A DNA stretch of 64,000 bases from Tubiluchus corallicola (taxonomy: Eukaryota; Animalia; Priapulida), in contig JAQGDQ010000994.1 in NCBI GenBank assembly GCA_030141605.1, positions 7,969-71,968 of the forward strand, in the 5' to 3' direction. Of this stretch, positions 11,213 to 25,100 are shown one piece after another (position 1 is the first letter of the stretch; the number at the start of each line of letters is the position of its first letter). Position numbers and translations under genes: made by a program. The notes beneath the pieces are model-generated. The model saw only the letters and a list, made by a program, of their open reading frames with translations. It was not told the DNA's origin and did not search any database.

Positions 11213-14200
11213 CTGAAATCACGAGCAAGAAAGTTCAAGTTTAGTTTAGAAACAAGCAAATCTGTCAGAAGTTTGACTACAGAGAATTTGGGTCACGCTG
11301 TACAAATTCTTCAGTAAGTATTGCAGCTCAAATGTATGTTATGGAGGTAAGGTACACCTTTTGTTTATCTTTAATATTATGCAACAATGAACGCTAATCC
11401 TAAAGAATTCTAAGATACACTTGTTTTCAACTTTTTTCTTCATGACTAAGCATACATGTTTATCCACTTTTGCTAGCTACAAGCGAAAAATTAATTATTT
11501 TTTCTTCCTTTAGCTTTAGCCCTAATCATAATATTAATCTTAAATACGTAATGGTTAAATTATTATTTAAAGATAATCACGTGTGTCTCTTCTTTCCCAT
11601 TATTGGACATTATTTTATTATAAACTAACACATTCGTATAATAATTCAATGTTCATTCGTCTTAAATGCAAAATCTGATAATTTTTAATTACCTGGTACA
11701 TGTGCATTAATTAATTAATTAATTATATTAGTAACAATTCTGAGAGGGTGGCTGACCTCGATAACTTATAGTTCTTTCGCCACCCTTTCACCACTAATCA
11801 ATAATTACTTTTGCACTTTGTAATATTATTGTATGTTGTATAGATTTATAAATCTCTTAGTTATGTATTTTGCTATTTTAAAAATGGTGATAAACTAATA
11901 AACTTACTTACTTACTTACTTATTGCACTATTACGATTGTCGTTGTACAAATGACCATGAAACGTAGAAAGCCCAGTGGTCATTTCGTCCTTGTGACCGG
12001 TCTAAGGGTAAATTTAAGCACCAGAAATTTTGGCATTTTTTAGTGTCAAAATCAAAATGTCAAAAAAAATTAAGACAATTTTGGCTATTACTGAACTTTC
12101 TTATGCTGTTATTACAGGCCACTGGTTGGTTGGCATCCTTCTGTCTCGGAAAACAATGGAGTGTCCGCCAAGAGAGTCAGCTATTGATCACATTGATGGA
12201 GCTGCAGCGTCGACTGTAGCTGAGCAATCCAATCCTTGAACCACTGGAGTGGCCTCTCCAGTGCGTGCGCCTAGGCAAGGTGTATGGAGATCCTGAGTTG
12301 CCCAGATAACAGGAACCCCCTCTCTTCCTCCCTGGTGTAGTCTAAAGGAAAGCGGAGCGATACGTTTGGCACCAGGTTGGCTGCAGGAGCTGCCGGAATC
12401 AGTGAGCATGCTGCACTGGTCCACCTTCGGGACTCCACTCAAACAGGACACTATGCTTTTCGTAAACATAAATATGCTCTTTTGTTTTCACAAGAAATGC
12501 TCAATAGCACCGAAAAGTAGTGGCGGTTTGTAGCTAAGGTTCGGGGGGGGGGGGGGGGGGGGTTGTTTACCATTGTTTTAATATTGTGTAAAACAGTGTT
12601 GAAGTTCACTTACAGTCACTTGGGGATGTGAGGCAGCCATGATTAATTTATTTAAATTTTCTGTAGAAATAAAAGAACTGAAAAAACTTCGAATTAAACA
12701 GAAAAGTTGGAAGCATGACGATAATCTAATTCTACACTTTGTCACATTCAAACATTCAAAAATATGGTACATGGTTTTTAAGCACAACACGCTGAGTAAA
12801 AAAGAAACGCTACTTTACACTTGCACAACAGGGTCGGTACTGCAAGAGCGGCAGTGCTTTCTCTACCTAGTGTGCAGCTTTAATCAATTATGCTGAGTTA
12901 TTTGAATCAATTATCAACAGTTTTTATATACATTTCAATAGGAGCGGCTCGTACCAGACGTTTTTGAGTCAATTAGGCAACTGATGCTTTTAACCGCGAG
13001 TCTAATAAATGGCACCTGCTGTATCTTCCCTTAAAGTAGCAAGAAAGAGGCGTAAGATAACAAGTGACTTACAAAGAGTTAAGAGGCTGCAGCGTTGAGC
13101 CCAAATCGGATCCAACCAAACTGACCGATACCAACACAGGTGTGATCAATAAAATAAATAAAAAACCAGTAAATAAAAAATAGAAAAAGATAAGATTTTA
13201 CCCGCTGCACTGATACGTCAGCTTCGTCTTCAAGTTCCTGAACTTGCCGTTTGAGCTGTTCTTCAACGGCAGCATGATTGCCTATTGAAGCTTCCATAAC
13301 GTGCTGCCGCCTTGTGGTCTTTTCTAGCTTTTCCATAACAGAAGCATTGTGCGATTGGGAGACTTTTAATCTACGTCTGACAATTAAATTGTTGGTTCGT
13401 TAATGCTAATTAATCATAGCAATTAATTTACACTGTGTGTGTGTGCATGCGTGTGTGTGTGTGCGTGCATGCGTGTGTATGTGTGCGTGTGTGCATGCGT
13501 GTGTGTGTGCATGCGTGTGTATGTGTGCGTGTGTGCATGCATGCATGTGTGCGTGCGTGTTTGTTTCAAAAATATCGCTTTTGAATACATGACATATGGA
13601 TGCTTTTTTTTGCTATCATTTGATACAAAAAGCAAGTAAATCATTAAAAATTTAATAAAACTTATAATTTATGAGTTATTTAAATAAGAGGATCAAAGAC
13701 AGACAAACTCCCTGAACAAGGATAAGCAAACTGTTTGATCAAAGGTAAACAAACTCGCTGAACAAACATAAACAAACTCTTTAAACAAAGGTAAACAAAC
13801 TCCTTGAACAAAGGTAAACAAACTCTTTAAACAAAGGTAAACAAACTCGCTGAACAAAAATAAACAAACTCTTTAAACAAAGGTAAACAAACTCCTTGAA
13901 CAAAGGTAAACAAACTCTTTAAACAAAGGTAAACAAACTCTTTAAACAAAGGTAAACAAACTCCTTGAACAAAGGTAAACAAACTCTTTAAACAAAGGTA
14001 AACAAACTTGCTGAACAAAAATAAACAAACTCTTTAAACAAAGGTAAACAAACTCCTTGAACAAAGGTAAACAAACTCCTTGAACAAAGGTAAACAAACT
14101 TTCTAAACAAATGTAAGCAGACTCCCTAAACAAAGATAAACAAAGTTCCTGGACAAAGGTAAACAAAGTACCTGAACAAAGGTAAACAAAGTCCCTAAAT

Positions 14201-17200
14201 AAAGGTAAGCAAACTACATGAACAAAGGTAAACAAACTACGTGAACAAAGGTAAACAAACTACGTGAACAAAGGTAGACAGTCTCCCTGGACAAAGGAAA
14301 ACAAAGTCCGTGAACAAAGGTAAAGAAAATTCTGGAACAAAAGTAAACAAACAATAACAAACTTACCTATGCTTAGCACTTGACTGTTCAAATCGCTCTA
14401 ATATTGACTGACATTCAATCTTTAATTTTTCGATCAGTGAATTCTGGTCCGTAATCACATCATTCAAATCCATTTTTGTGGACGCTAAAAACAAGCAATC
14501 AGCCCATCACCTTCATACAATTTTCTGCTGTACAACTAAGAGACACAATGCTACCTCAGCATCATCAACAAGCAATTTTTCGGATGCTAAAGTAGATTGA
14601 GGTTACTGCTGCACTACTGAATATTCTTAACATGAATGACTACACTCATATCTCGGTTTGCCGGACCTCGCTTTTACGGATATCGGAAGAATCAAACAAA
14701 ATCTGGGCCGTTAGAAAGTCCTGCATAGTACGGACACAGTCCGTTGTTTCGTGAGCTGACCGATAGTTGGCAGGCCGTCACTTTGTTTACATTATTACAT
14801 CAGTGTAATCAGGTGTATATCTCTACATATAAAAGTATAGAGTCAATTATGCAGAGTTATTTGAGCCAATTGCTGACAGTTTTTATATACTTTCACATAG
14901 GAGCGGCCCGTACTGGACGTTTTTGAGACAATTAGATGATTGATTCTACATTACCATGAATTTAACACATGGCACTTACTGTATTAGCTTAGTATCGGTA
15001 AATACAGACAATCGTTAAGTTGAGACCGATATTTCTCCGTTTTTGTCTGGCAGACTGAGATAGGAGTGGATATGAAACTGTGATTTTAAAGCTGAATATC
15101 CACAGTGGTGCGGTAGCCCTACTCTTTGCTAAGATTTGCAACAAAGATTCACGTGCAAAAAAATGACACACAGACACACTACCCTACTACTACTTGAACT
15201 GATAGATAAAGGTACTTAAAAGATAGTTGATAATGATTCCTGTGTGTTCAAGCCTGAGTGTATCAGTATGGTACCCTTACAAGGCAGCAAATATTATTTT
15301 TGACATGTGGTAAAAATGAGAAAGTGGAAAACGAAAATAGTAGACTGTCTGTCTACACTGTCTGTCTACACTTAACACTCAAACCTGATGAACATTCAAG
15401 CTAACAAACATTTAGCCTCACAAACAATTAGACAAGTAGTCAAACCAACATTTAACCTCACAAACAATTAGACAAGTAGTGAAACAAACATATAGCCTAA
15501 CGAACAATTAGACAAGTAGTCAAACCAACATTTAACCTAACGAACAATTAGACAAGTAGTGAAACAAACATATAGCCTAACGAACAATTAGACAAGTAGT
15601 CAAACCAACATTTAACCTAACGAACAATTAGACAAGTAGTGAAACAAACATATAGCCTAACGAACAATTAGACAAGTAGTGAAACAAACATTTAACCTAA
15701 CGAACAATTAGACAAGTAGTGAAACAAACATTTAACCTAACGAACAATTAGACAAGTAGTGAAACAAACATTTAACCTCACAAACAATTAGACAAGTAGT
15801 GAAACAAACATTTAACCTAACGAACAATTAGACAAGTAGTGAAACAAACATTTAACCTCACAAACAATTAGACAAGTAGTGAAACAAACATATAGCCTAA
15901 CGAACAATTAGACAAGTAGTCAAACCAACATTTAACCTAACGAACAATTAGACAAGTAGTGAAACAAACATATAGCCTAACGAACAATTAGACAAGTAGT
16001 CAAACCAACATTTAACCTCACAAACAATTAGACAAGTAGTGAAACAAACATATAGCCTAACGAACAATTAGACAAGTAGTCAAACCAACATTTAACCTAA
16101 CGAACAATTAGACAAGTAGTGAAACAAACATTTAGCCTCACAAACAATTAGACAAGTAGTCAAACCAACATTTAACCTCACAAACAATTAGACAAGTAGT
16201 GAAACAAACATATAGCCTAACGAACAATTAGACAAGTAGTCAAACCAACATTTAACCTCATAAACAATTAGACAAGTAGTGAAACAAACATTTAGCCTCA
16301 CAAACAATTAGACAAGTAGTCAAACCAACATTTAACCTCACAAACAATTAGACAAGTAGTGAAACAAACATATAGCCTAACGAACAATTAGACAAGTAGT
16401 CAAACCAACATTTAACCTAACGAACAATTAGACAAGTAGTGAAACAAACATTTAACCTAACGAACAATTAGACAAGTAGTGAAACAAACATTTAACCTCA
16501 CAAACAATTAGACAAGTAGTCAAACCAACATTTAACCTAACGAACAATTAGACAAGTAGTGAAACAAACATATAGCCTAACGAACAATTAGACAAGTAGT
16601 CAAACCAACATTTAACCTAACGAACAATTAGACAAGTAGTGAAACAAACATTTAACCTCACAAACAATTAGACAAGTAGTGAAACAAACATATAGCCTAA
16701 CGAACAATTAGACAAGTAGTCAAACCAACATTTAACCTCACAAACAATTAGACAAGTAGTGAAACAAACATATAGCCTAACGAACAATTAGACAAGTAGT
16801 CAAACCAACATTTAACCTAACGAACAATTAGACAAGTAGTGAAACAAACATTTAGCCTCACAAACAATTAGACAAGTAGTCAAACCAACATTTAACCTCA
16901 TAAACAATTAGACAAGTAGTCAAACAAACATATAGCCTAACGAAAATTAGACAAGTAGTCAAACAAACATATACCCTAACGAACAATTAGACAAGTAGTC
17001 AAACAACCATTTAACCTAACGAACAATTAGACAAGTAGTCAAACCACCATTTAACCCAACGAACAATTAGACAAGCAGTCAAACAAACATTTAACCTAAC
17101 GAACAATTAGACAAGTAGTCAAACAACATTTAACCTAACGAACAATTAGACAAGTAGTCAAACCACCATTTAACCTAACGAACAATTAGACAAGTAGTCA

Positions 17201-20200
17201 AACCACCATTTAACCTAACGAACAATTAGACAAGTAGTCAAACAACCATTTAACCTAACGAACAATTAGACAAGTAGTCAAACCACCATTTAACCTAACG
17301 AACAATTAGACAAGTAGTCAAACAACATTTAACCTCACAAACAATTAGACAAGTAGTCAAACAAACATATAGCCTAACGAACAATTAGACAATTAGTCAA
17401 GCCACCATTTAGCCTAACGAACAATTAGACAATTAGTCAAGCCACCATTTAACCTAACGAACAATTAGACAAGTAGTCAAACCACCATTTAACCTCACCA
17501 ACAATTAGACAAGTAGTCAAACCACCATTTAACCTAACAAACAATTAGACAAGTAGTCAAACAAACATATAGCCTAACGAACAATTAGACAAGTAGTCAA
17601 ACCAACATTACTCACAAACACTTAGTCAAATAAACATTTAGCCTCACAAACAATTAGACAAGTAATCAAACAAACATATAGCCTAACAAACAATTAGACA
17701 AGTAGTCAAACAAACATATAGCCTAACAAACAATTAGACAAGTAGTCAAACAAACATATAGCCTAACAAACAACTAGACAAGTAGTCAAACCAACATTTA
17801 ACCTCACAAACATTCAGCATCACATACAATTACGCTGTTCAAGCTGTTCTATTACAGTCCTAAAGTCTGCTAGCCGTTGTTCATATTTCTGTGAGACAGT
17901 TGACAAGGTGTCTTGATTACGGTGCTCACTCTGCTCCATGTGTTTCTTAAGAGCAGCCACCTAAGAGGAATGATACAGAAAAATATTTTTACTTATTACT
18001 AAATAATTGTTTATATGGACGTTATTGCACGTGATTTTTGTATTAGGAAAAATGGCATTAAATCGTACCTACTGAAATTGTGAAAGAACCAGTAAAAACA
18101 CGTGACCTCTAAGAAACTAATTAATCAAATTTTGAGGTGTTTGACACTTTTTACTAACTGATATCACTCGTCATACACAGATTAAAATGTTTGCATGGGC
18201 ATTTTCCTCATTAGCAAACGCAATGGCCGACTTGTGAGAATCTAGTATAGTAGTGGAGTGGTTGAATGTTTATAGTCTCAAAAATGACTGTAGATTGTTC
18301 CAGGACTGGACAGTTTCAAAAAATATGAAAGCTACAAAATGTTCCTTGCATGTCAATATTTTTGGGATCTTTGGTGGATTACTGATCAAATAATGCGAAT
18401 CAATCATTTGTTATTTTGTTTAAAGTTGCTCAATGCTTCGTCTTTTATACACTCATGCTAGCTTTATTGAATTGTGGAAATAGCTATAAAATTATTCAAG
18501 ATTTTTAAAAAAATGTGACATTTCGTTTGTAAACGTTTTCACTGAATATGCATTTCTGAAAGTGAACCGATTTCCCGGAGACTCCAATATGAATGGAAAC
18601 TGTCGGAAGTGTCACCACTCGTGCTTTTTGTCACTAAAGTCACCACCACTAAGTCACTTTCAACTTCGTCCTTTTTCTCCTTTCTTTTTCAAAACCAGCA
18701 TCCAAGGAAATGTCTACAAAACACTAATGTTTGTGGCAAGACTGGAGCCTAGTTTCTTATCAAGACAAACTCTAAGATGAGCCAAGAACATCCCTCTACG
18801 ATGTAAACAGCCAGAATCTGCATGTAAACGAAGCCGCCCAGAGTCAGCACGGAAGTCACTCATCCATCAACTGATCGACTTCAGTGCTGATTATCTTCGG
18901 TTGAGAAGAGCAGAAAACATGAACGTAAATGATTTAAATATGCAGAAGATGAAACCAGAGAAATAAACACTTGCCTCCCTTTCCAATCTACTGGCTTCTT
19001 CCGTTGCTCTGATGCTACTTTCTCTCACTTTCAATGCATCCTTTTCCGACACCTCCAACTGGCTTCGCAAATTTTGAATGATGATACTGAGCTTCTCTCT
19101 CTCCTAAATAACAGCAATTTATACACATCATCCCAATTTCATTGGAACAGCAATGGGAATATGATGAACAAATCGTCAGTTTTTGCTGATAACGGCAACG
19201 GTTCTTTAGCACTGTGTGAACATGTACAGTTGTTCACACACGACAACCTTCCAAATATGATTTACAAACTGTACCAACTATTGCCTTTCGATTGTCACTT
19301 CATAAAAATAAAATGTGTTAAATTTATGTGGGAATAAAAAGAAATCAAATTTGAAGCAAAACTAGAAAGCATGAATAATTTGTGAACTTGATTTTGCACG
19401 TATAAATACTATATGAAATGACCAGACGGTTTAGTCCAGTGGTAACGCACCCGCTTTCCATCTGGGAGGTCGTGAGTTCGAACCAGCGGCCGGGTAATAC
19501 CAAAGACTTTAAAAATGGTACCTGCTGATGCCCTGTCTGACACATGGTATTTAGGGTAAAAGTGGGGTAATAATAGTCTCTGTTATGTAGTTGTAGATTG
19601 TTATTTACAGTCGGCGATACTAGCTCTTTGAGCTAATGTTAATTGTTGACCCAAAAGCCGACTTTAAATAAAGATTATTATGATGATTATTATTATTTTA
19701 TTATTATTATTATTATTATGGAAAGTAACTTTGTCTTATATTAGTAAATAAAAGGCCTATGTAACTCCAACAGACACTGAAGTTTTTTAACGTCTTATCA
19801 TGATTATGCAAAGAATTCATAGTTATTATTAAACAAAAGAGACTTATCAGTTAAATAACTTAGCCTTCTCTAGCGAATTTCGAATGCGTGCATTGCAGTA
19901 AAGATCGCCATGTTTCCCATCTTTGACGCGAGTGAGCGAGAATGACATAAGAAGTCAGAAAACATCTTTGGCTACCAATGTTTGTTTACCGATCTTTGGT
20001 GAGCTCGTGACTGTACTCATGACGTCATTCGTCTCGTGACTGTACTCATGACGTCATTCGTCTCGTGACTGTACTCATGACGTCATTCGTCTCGTGACTG
20101 TACTCATGACGTCCTTCGTCTCGCGACTGTACTCATGACGTCGTTCGTCTCGTGACTGTACTCATGACGTCCTTTGTCTCGCGACTGTACTCATGACGTC

Positions 20201-22116
20201 GTTCGTCTCGCGACTGTACTCATGACGTCATTCGTCTCGCGACTGTACTCATGACGTCGTTCGTCTCGCGACTGTACTCATGACGTCATTCGTCTCGCGA
20301 CTGTACTCATGACGTCATTCGTCTCGCGACTGTACTCATGACGTCGTTCGTCTCGCGACTGTACTCATGACGTCATTCGTCTCGCGACTGTACTCATGAC
20401 GTCGTTCGTCTCGTGACTGTACTCATGACGTCATTCGTCTCGTGACTGTACTCATGACGTCATTCGTCTCGTGACTGTACTCATGACGTCATTCGTCTCG
20501 TGACTGTACTCATGACGTCATTCGTCTCGCGACTGTACTCATGACGTCGTTCGTCTCGTGACTGTACTCATGACGTCGTTCGTCTCGCGACTGTACTCAT
20601 GACGTCATTCGTCTCGTGACTGTACTCATGACGTCATTCGTCTCGCGACTGTACTCATGACGTCATTCGTCTCGCGACTGTACTCATGACGTCATTCGTC
20701 TCGCGACTGTACTCATGACGTCATTCGTCTCGCGACTGTACTCATGACGTCGTTCGTCTCGTGACTGTACTCATGCCATCATTCGTAATGGGTTAAGAAA
20801 CATGGGTTCTTTTTTTCGCACAAATTTAACACCAAATTTTAACACACACATAGAAAATCAGAAGAAACAAGTTTTACAGAAAGTTTATAATAAAATAAAT
20901 TTTATATTCGTAATGAGGGTGGGATTTTACGTTGCAAAAGTTTATATTATAGTGAAGGTTCAGTTTGACTTGACAATGAAAATGCTGAACTTTTCTACAT
21001 ATAACCACTATTCCAGCAGCTGAGACACTTACCTGCATTGCGATGTTCTCTGCTTCCTTAGCCAAATGTTTCTCTTTGGTCACTTCCTGTAACGCCAGCG
21101 TCCTTTCCCGTTGTGCTTGCACAATCTCACTCTTCACTCTTTCAGCATCCTGTAAAATTCAATGATGCGATGTGAGCTATAGTTTAAACTAAGATCTCTA
21201 ACGAAACCAGTACTTAACTGGCCGTATTCTCCAACTATTGGCTTCATTCATCTGAATGTTGACTCACTTCTGATGGTAAAAAGTCTTAGATTGTCATTAT
21301 TAGTCGCTGTCCATCATGGTTAATTATTTTCGTTATTTAACAAAAAAAATGTAATAAAGTTTTCACTTTGATTTTTAATTAAGTTTCTCAACATGTTTAA
21401 CAATGTAGCAGGAGTAATAGATTTCCTGATAAATTCTGGTTAGCACACGTACACTATAAACCTACAATCAAATATGTCTGCTTGAAGAGAATGAAATAAA
21501 ATTGAATGAAACAGAATAGAATAGAGAGCAATAGAAGGGGAGAAAGGAAGAGAGGGTAGAGAAAAGAGAAAGGAAGGGAGATGAGGGGAGGAGAGAGTGG
21601 AGAATGGAGAGGAGAGAAGTGAAGAGCAGAGCAGGGAAGGGAAGGGAAGGGAAGAACAGAGCAGAACAGTGAAGCAAAGGGAGGGGAGGGGAGGCGAGGA
21701 GAGGAGAGGAGAGGAAAGGAGAGAAGAGAAGAGAAAAGAGAGAAGAGAAGAGAAAAGGAGGGGAGGGGAGAGGAGAAGGGAAGGGAAGAGCAGAGCAGGG
21801 CAGGGAAGGGAAGGGAAGGGAAGGGAAGGGAAGAGAAGAGAAGAGAAGAGAAGAGAAAAGGAGAGAAGAGAAGAGAAGAGAAGAGAAGAGAAGAGAAGAG
21901 AAGAGAAGAGAAGAGAAGAGAAGAGAAGAGAAGAGAAGAGAAGAGAAGAGAAGAGAAGAGAAGAGAAGAGAAGAGAAGAGAAGAGAAGAGAAGAGGAGAG
22001 AAGAGAAGAGAAGAGAAGAGAAGAGAAGAGAAGAGAAGAGAAGAGAAGAGAAGAGAAGAGAAGAGAAGAGAAGAGAAGAGAAGAGAAGAGAAGAAGAGAA
22101 GAGGAGAGAGAGAAAG

Positions 22117-22182
<66 letters not shown>

Positions 22183-25100
22183 AAGAGAAGAGAAGAGAAG
22201 AGAAGAGAAGAGAAGAGAAGAGAAGAGAAGAGAAGAGAAGAGAAGAGAAGAGAAGAGAAGAGAAGAGAAGAGAAGAGAAGAGAAGAGAAGAGAAGAGAGA
22301 AGAGAAGAGAAGAGAAGAGAAAAGAGAAGAGAAGAGAAGAGAGAAGGGAAGGGAAGCGAAGGGAAGGGAAGGGAAGAGAAAAAATAATAGAACTAAACAG
22401 AGTAAAATACAAAAGAATGGAATAAAATACATGTAAAATAGAAATTTATTTTATCTAGACAGATAAAAACATAATTTCCGTTGCAAAGCAAAAGGAAAAT
22501 AGTTGATTATATTACAAACACAACATATCAAACACTTACAGTGAAATTTAAGCATTTTAAATATAAAGAGGTATTAACATAAACGATTGTATATTTTACC
22601 CGAGACAAGTTTTCTTGAGATCGTCTGATGGAGTCTTTTGATTGTTCCAGCTGTTTTAAGAAACTGACCTTCTCACGACTGACCTTGTCCAGTTGACACT
22701 GAGCTGCAGCCAGAGCAGCGTTTGACTCAGACAGCTAGTAAACAAAAATCAATCATTTATAAACTAACTTTCTTTGTGTCTGCTTGTCAAGTTGAAAATG
22801 CAGCATTTCACTCACATAGCTAGCACAAAAAATCAATAAATTCTTCAATAAATGACTTTCTAGGGACCGACTTTGTCTAGTTGACACTGTGTAGCAACCA
22901 AAGCAGCATTTGACTCAGAAACTGGGAAGTATAGCTCAATGGTAGCGTGCTTGCTTTCCACCTGGGAGGTCGCGGGTTCAACTCCTGACCGAGTCATACC
23001 AAAGACGTGAAAAATGGAACTGCTGGTACTTCGACCAAGCACGGGGGTTTATCGATTTACCATGCAGATAATAATAATTGGGACCACCTTGGAAATAAGT
23101 ATCGAGTTACTTAAGGTGTTATCTCTGGACTCAACAAAATTATTAATATTATTGTTGTTGTTTCAGTTGTCGTTGTCATCATAATTATTATTATTATTAC
23201 TACTACTATTACTATTACTATTACTATTACTATTACTATTACTATTACTATTATTATTATTATTATTATCATCATCATCATCAACATCGTCATCATCATC
23301 ATCATCATCATCATTATTATATCTAGTAAAAAAACAATTATTAATGGGCCAATATAAATGTGTATATAAAAAGTAAAATGAATTAATTCAGTTTAAATAG
23401 CCCTTGGTTAACACATGAGTAAAGAATTATAAGCAGACCTGTCCAACAGTAAATGTCTAACATGGAAGACACTTTTCTACATACGCACAGTTCAACGTTG
23501 AAAAATAACATCAACCCACAAACGTAAAAACTACTACAATAAACTTCGTCGTGATGATTAATATTAACGCGTTTTCTGTTGTGAAGTCTTGTTTTTCATG
23601 AGCATGAAAAGAACAAAGTAAAAGAGATACTGGCACAAATAAAATTTAAGCACTTATTTAAATTGTAAAACTGCCTGAAATGATTACAATCACTGTTCCT
23701 TCTACCATTCTTTTCCATAAATTCCTGCACTGATTCGTTGAGGGACTTATCACATGTTCCTTTGGGGTTAAATCTTGAATGTGTGTCAGTTTGCCCAATG
23801 TAAGTGAAACTACAATCCATACAACAGCTTCATTGACAAACAACAGTAGAATATAACAACAGCTTCATTTACAAATAATAGTAGAATATAACAACAGCTT
23901 CATTTACAAACAATAGTAGAATATAACAAGAGCTTCATTTACAAACAATAGTAGAATATAACAACAGCTTCATTTACAAACAACAGTAGAATATAATAGC
24001 TTCATTTACAAACAATAGTAGAATATAACAACAGCTTCATTTACAAACAATAATAGAATATAACAACAGCTTCATTTACAAACAATAGTAGAATATAACA
24101 ACAGCTTCATTTACAAACAATAATAGAATATAACAACAGCTTCATTTACAAACAATAGTAGAATATAACAACAGCTTCATTTACAAACAATAGTAGAATA
24201 TAACAACAGCTTCATTTACAAACAATAGTAGACTATAACAACAGCTTCATTTGCAAACAATAGTAGACTATAACAACAGCTGATACCGAATCATCAATTC
24301 CAATTTCTGTTTTACAAAAATGGCTGTGTAGGATATAAGAAAGCACAAAATGAGACAAATAAAAAGATTAAGGTTACCCGTAATTCAATTTGCTCCACTT
24401 CCCGCTTTCCCTCCTGCCGGACCAACTCCCGCTCGTGCTCCACGTGCACCTCCATCTCTTGAATCATGGCACCCATTCTCTCCCGTAATCTTTCCATTTC
24501 TGATCTCACCTGGTCCTTTTCCATCAATGCCTTTGCACAACAGAAAAACTGAGTTTGAATAGCGCAAAACAAAATACAACATACATAATACATGCAACAA
24601 AATACAACATACATAATAGATGCAACAAAATACATAATACATACTACATGCAACAAAACACAACATACATAATACATGCAACAAAATACAACATACATAA
24701 TACATGCAACAAAATACATGATACATAATACATGCAACAAAATACATAATACATGATACATGCAACAAAATACATAATACATACAACAAAATACACAATA
24801 TGTGCAACAAAATACAAAATATATAATACATGCAACAAAATACATAATACATGCAACAAAATACAAAATACATAATACATGCAACAAAATACATAATACA
24901 TGCAACGAAATGCATAATACATAGACTCATTCTAACACGATCACAGCTTTAATCACATCTAACATTTCACGAAGAAAAAATTTTAACTAATGAACATCAT
25001 AACGAAAATTGTTAGGGAAAAACTTCTGATTCTCAAAGCTGTGAAAACGTTATTAAGTTATACAACTAGAAATTGACATTGCAGTGCTATGAGCGTAGCA

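Noticed and set aside
19421-19495. tRNA-Gly gene (also 22924, 36228)
   Set aside because: No acceptor stem; continues into shared SINE body and tail
21440-22436. SSLLF / REEKR ORFs
   Set aside because: (AAGAG)n microsatellite
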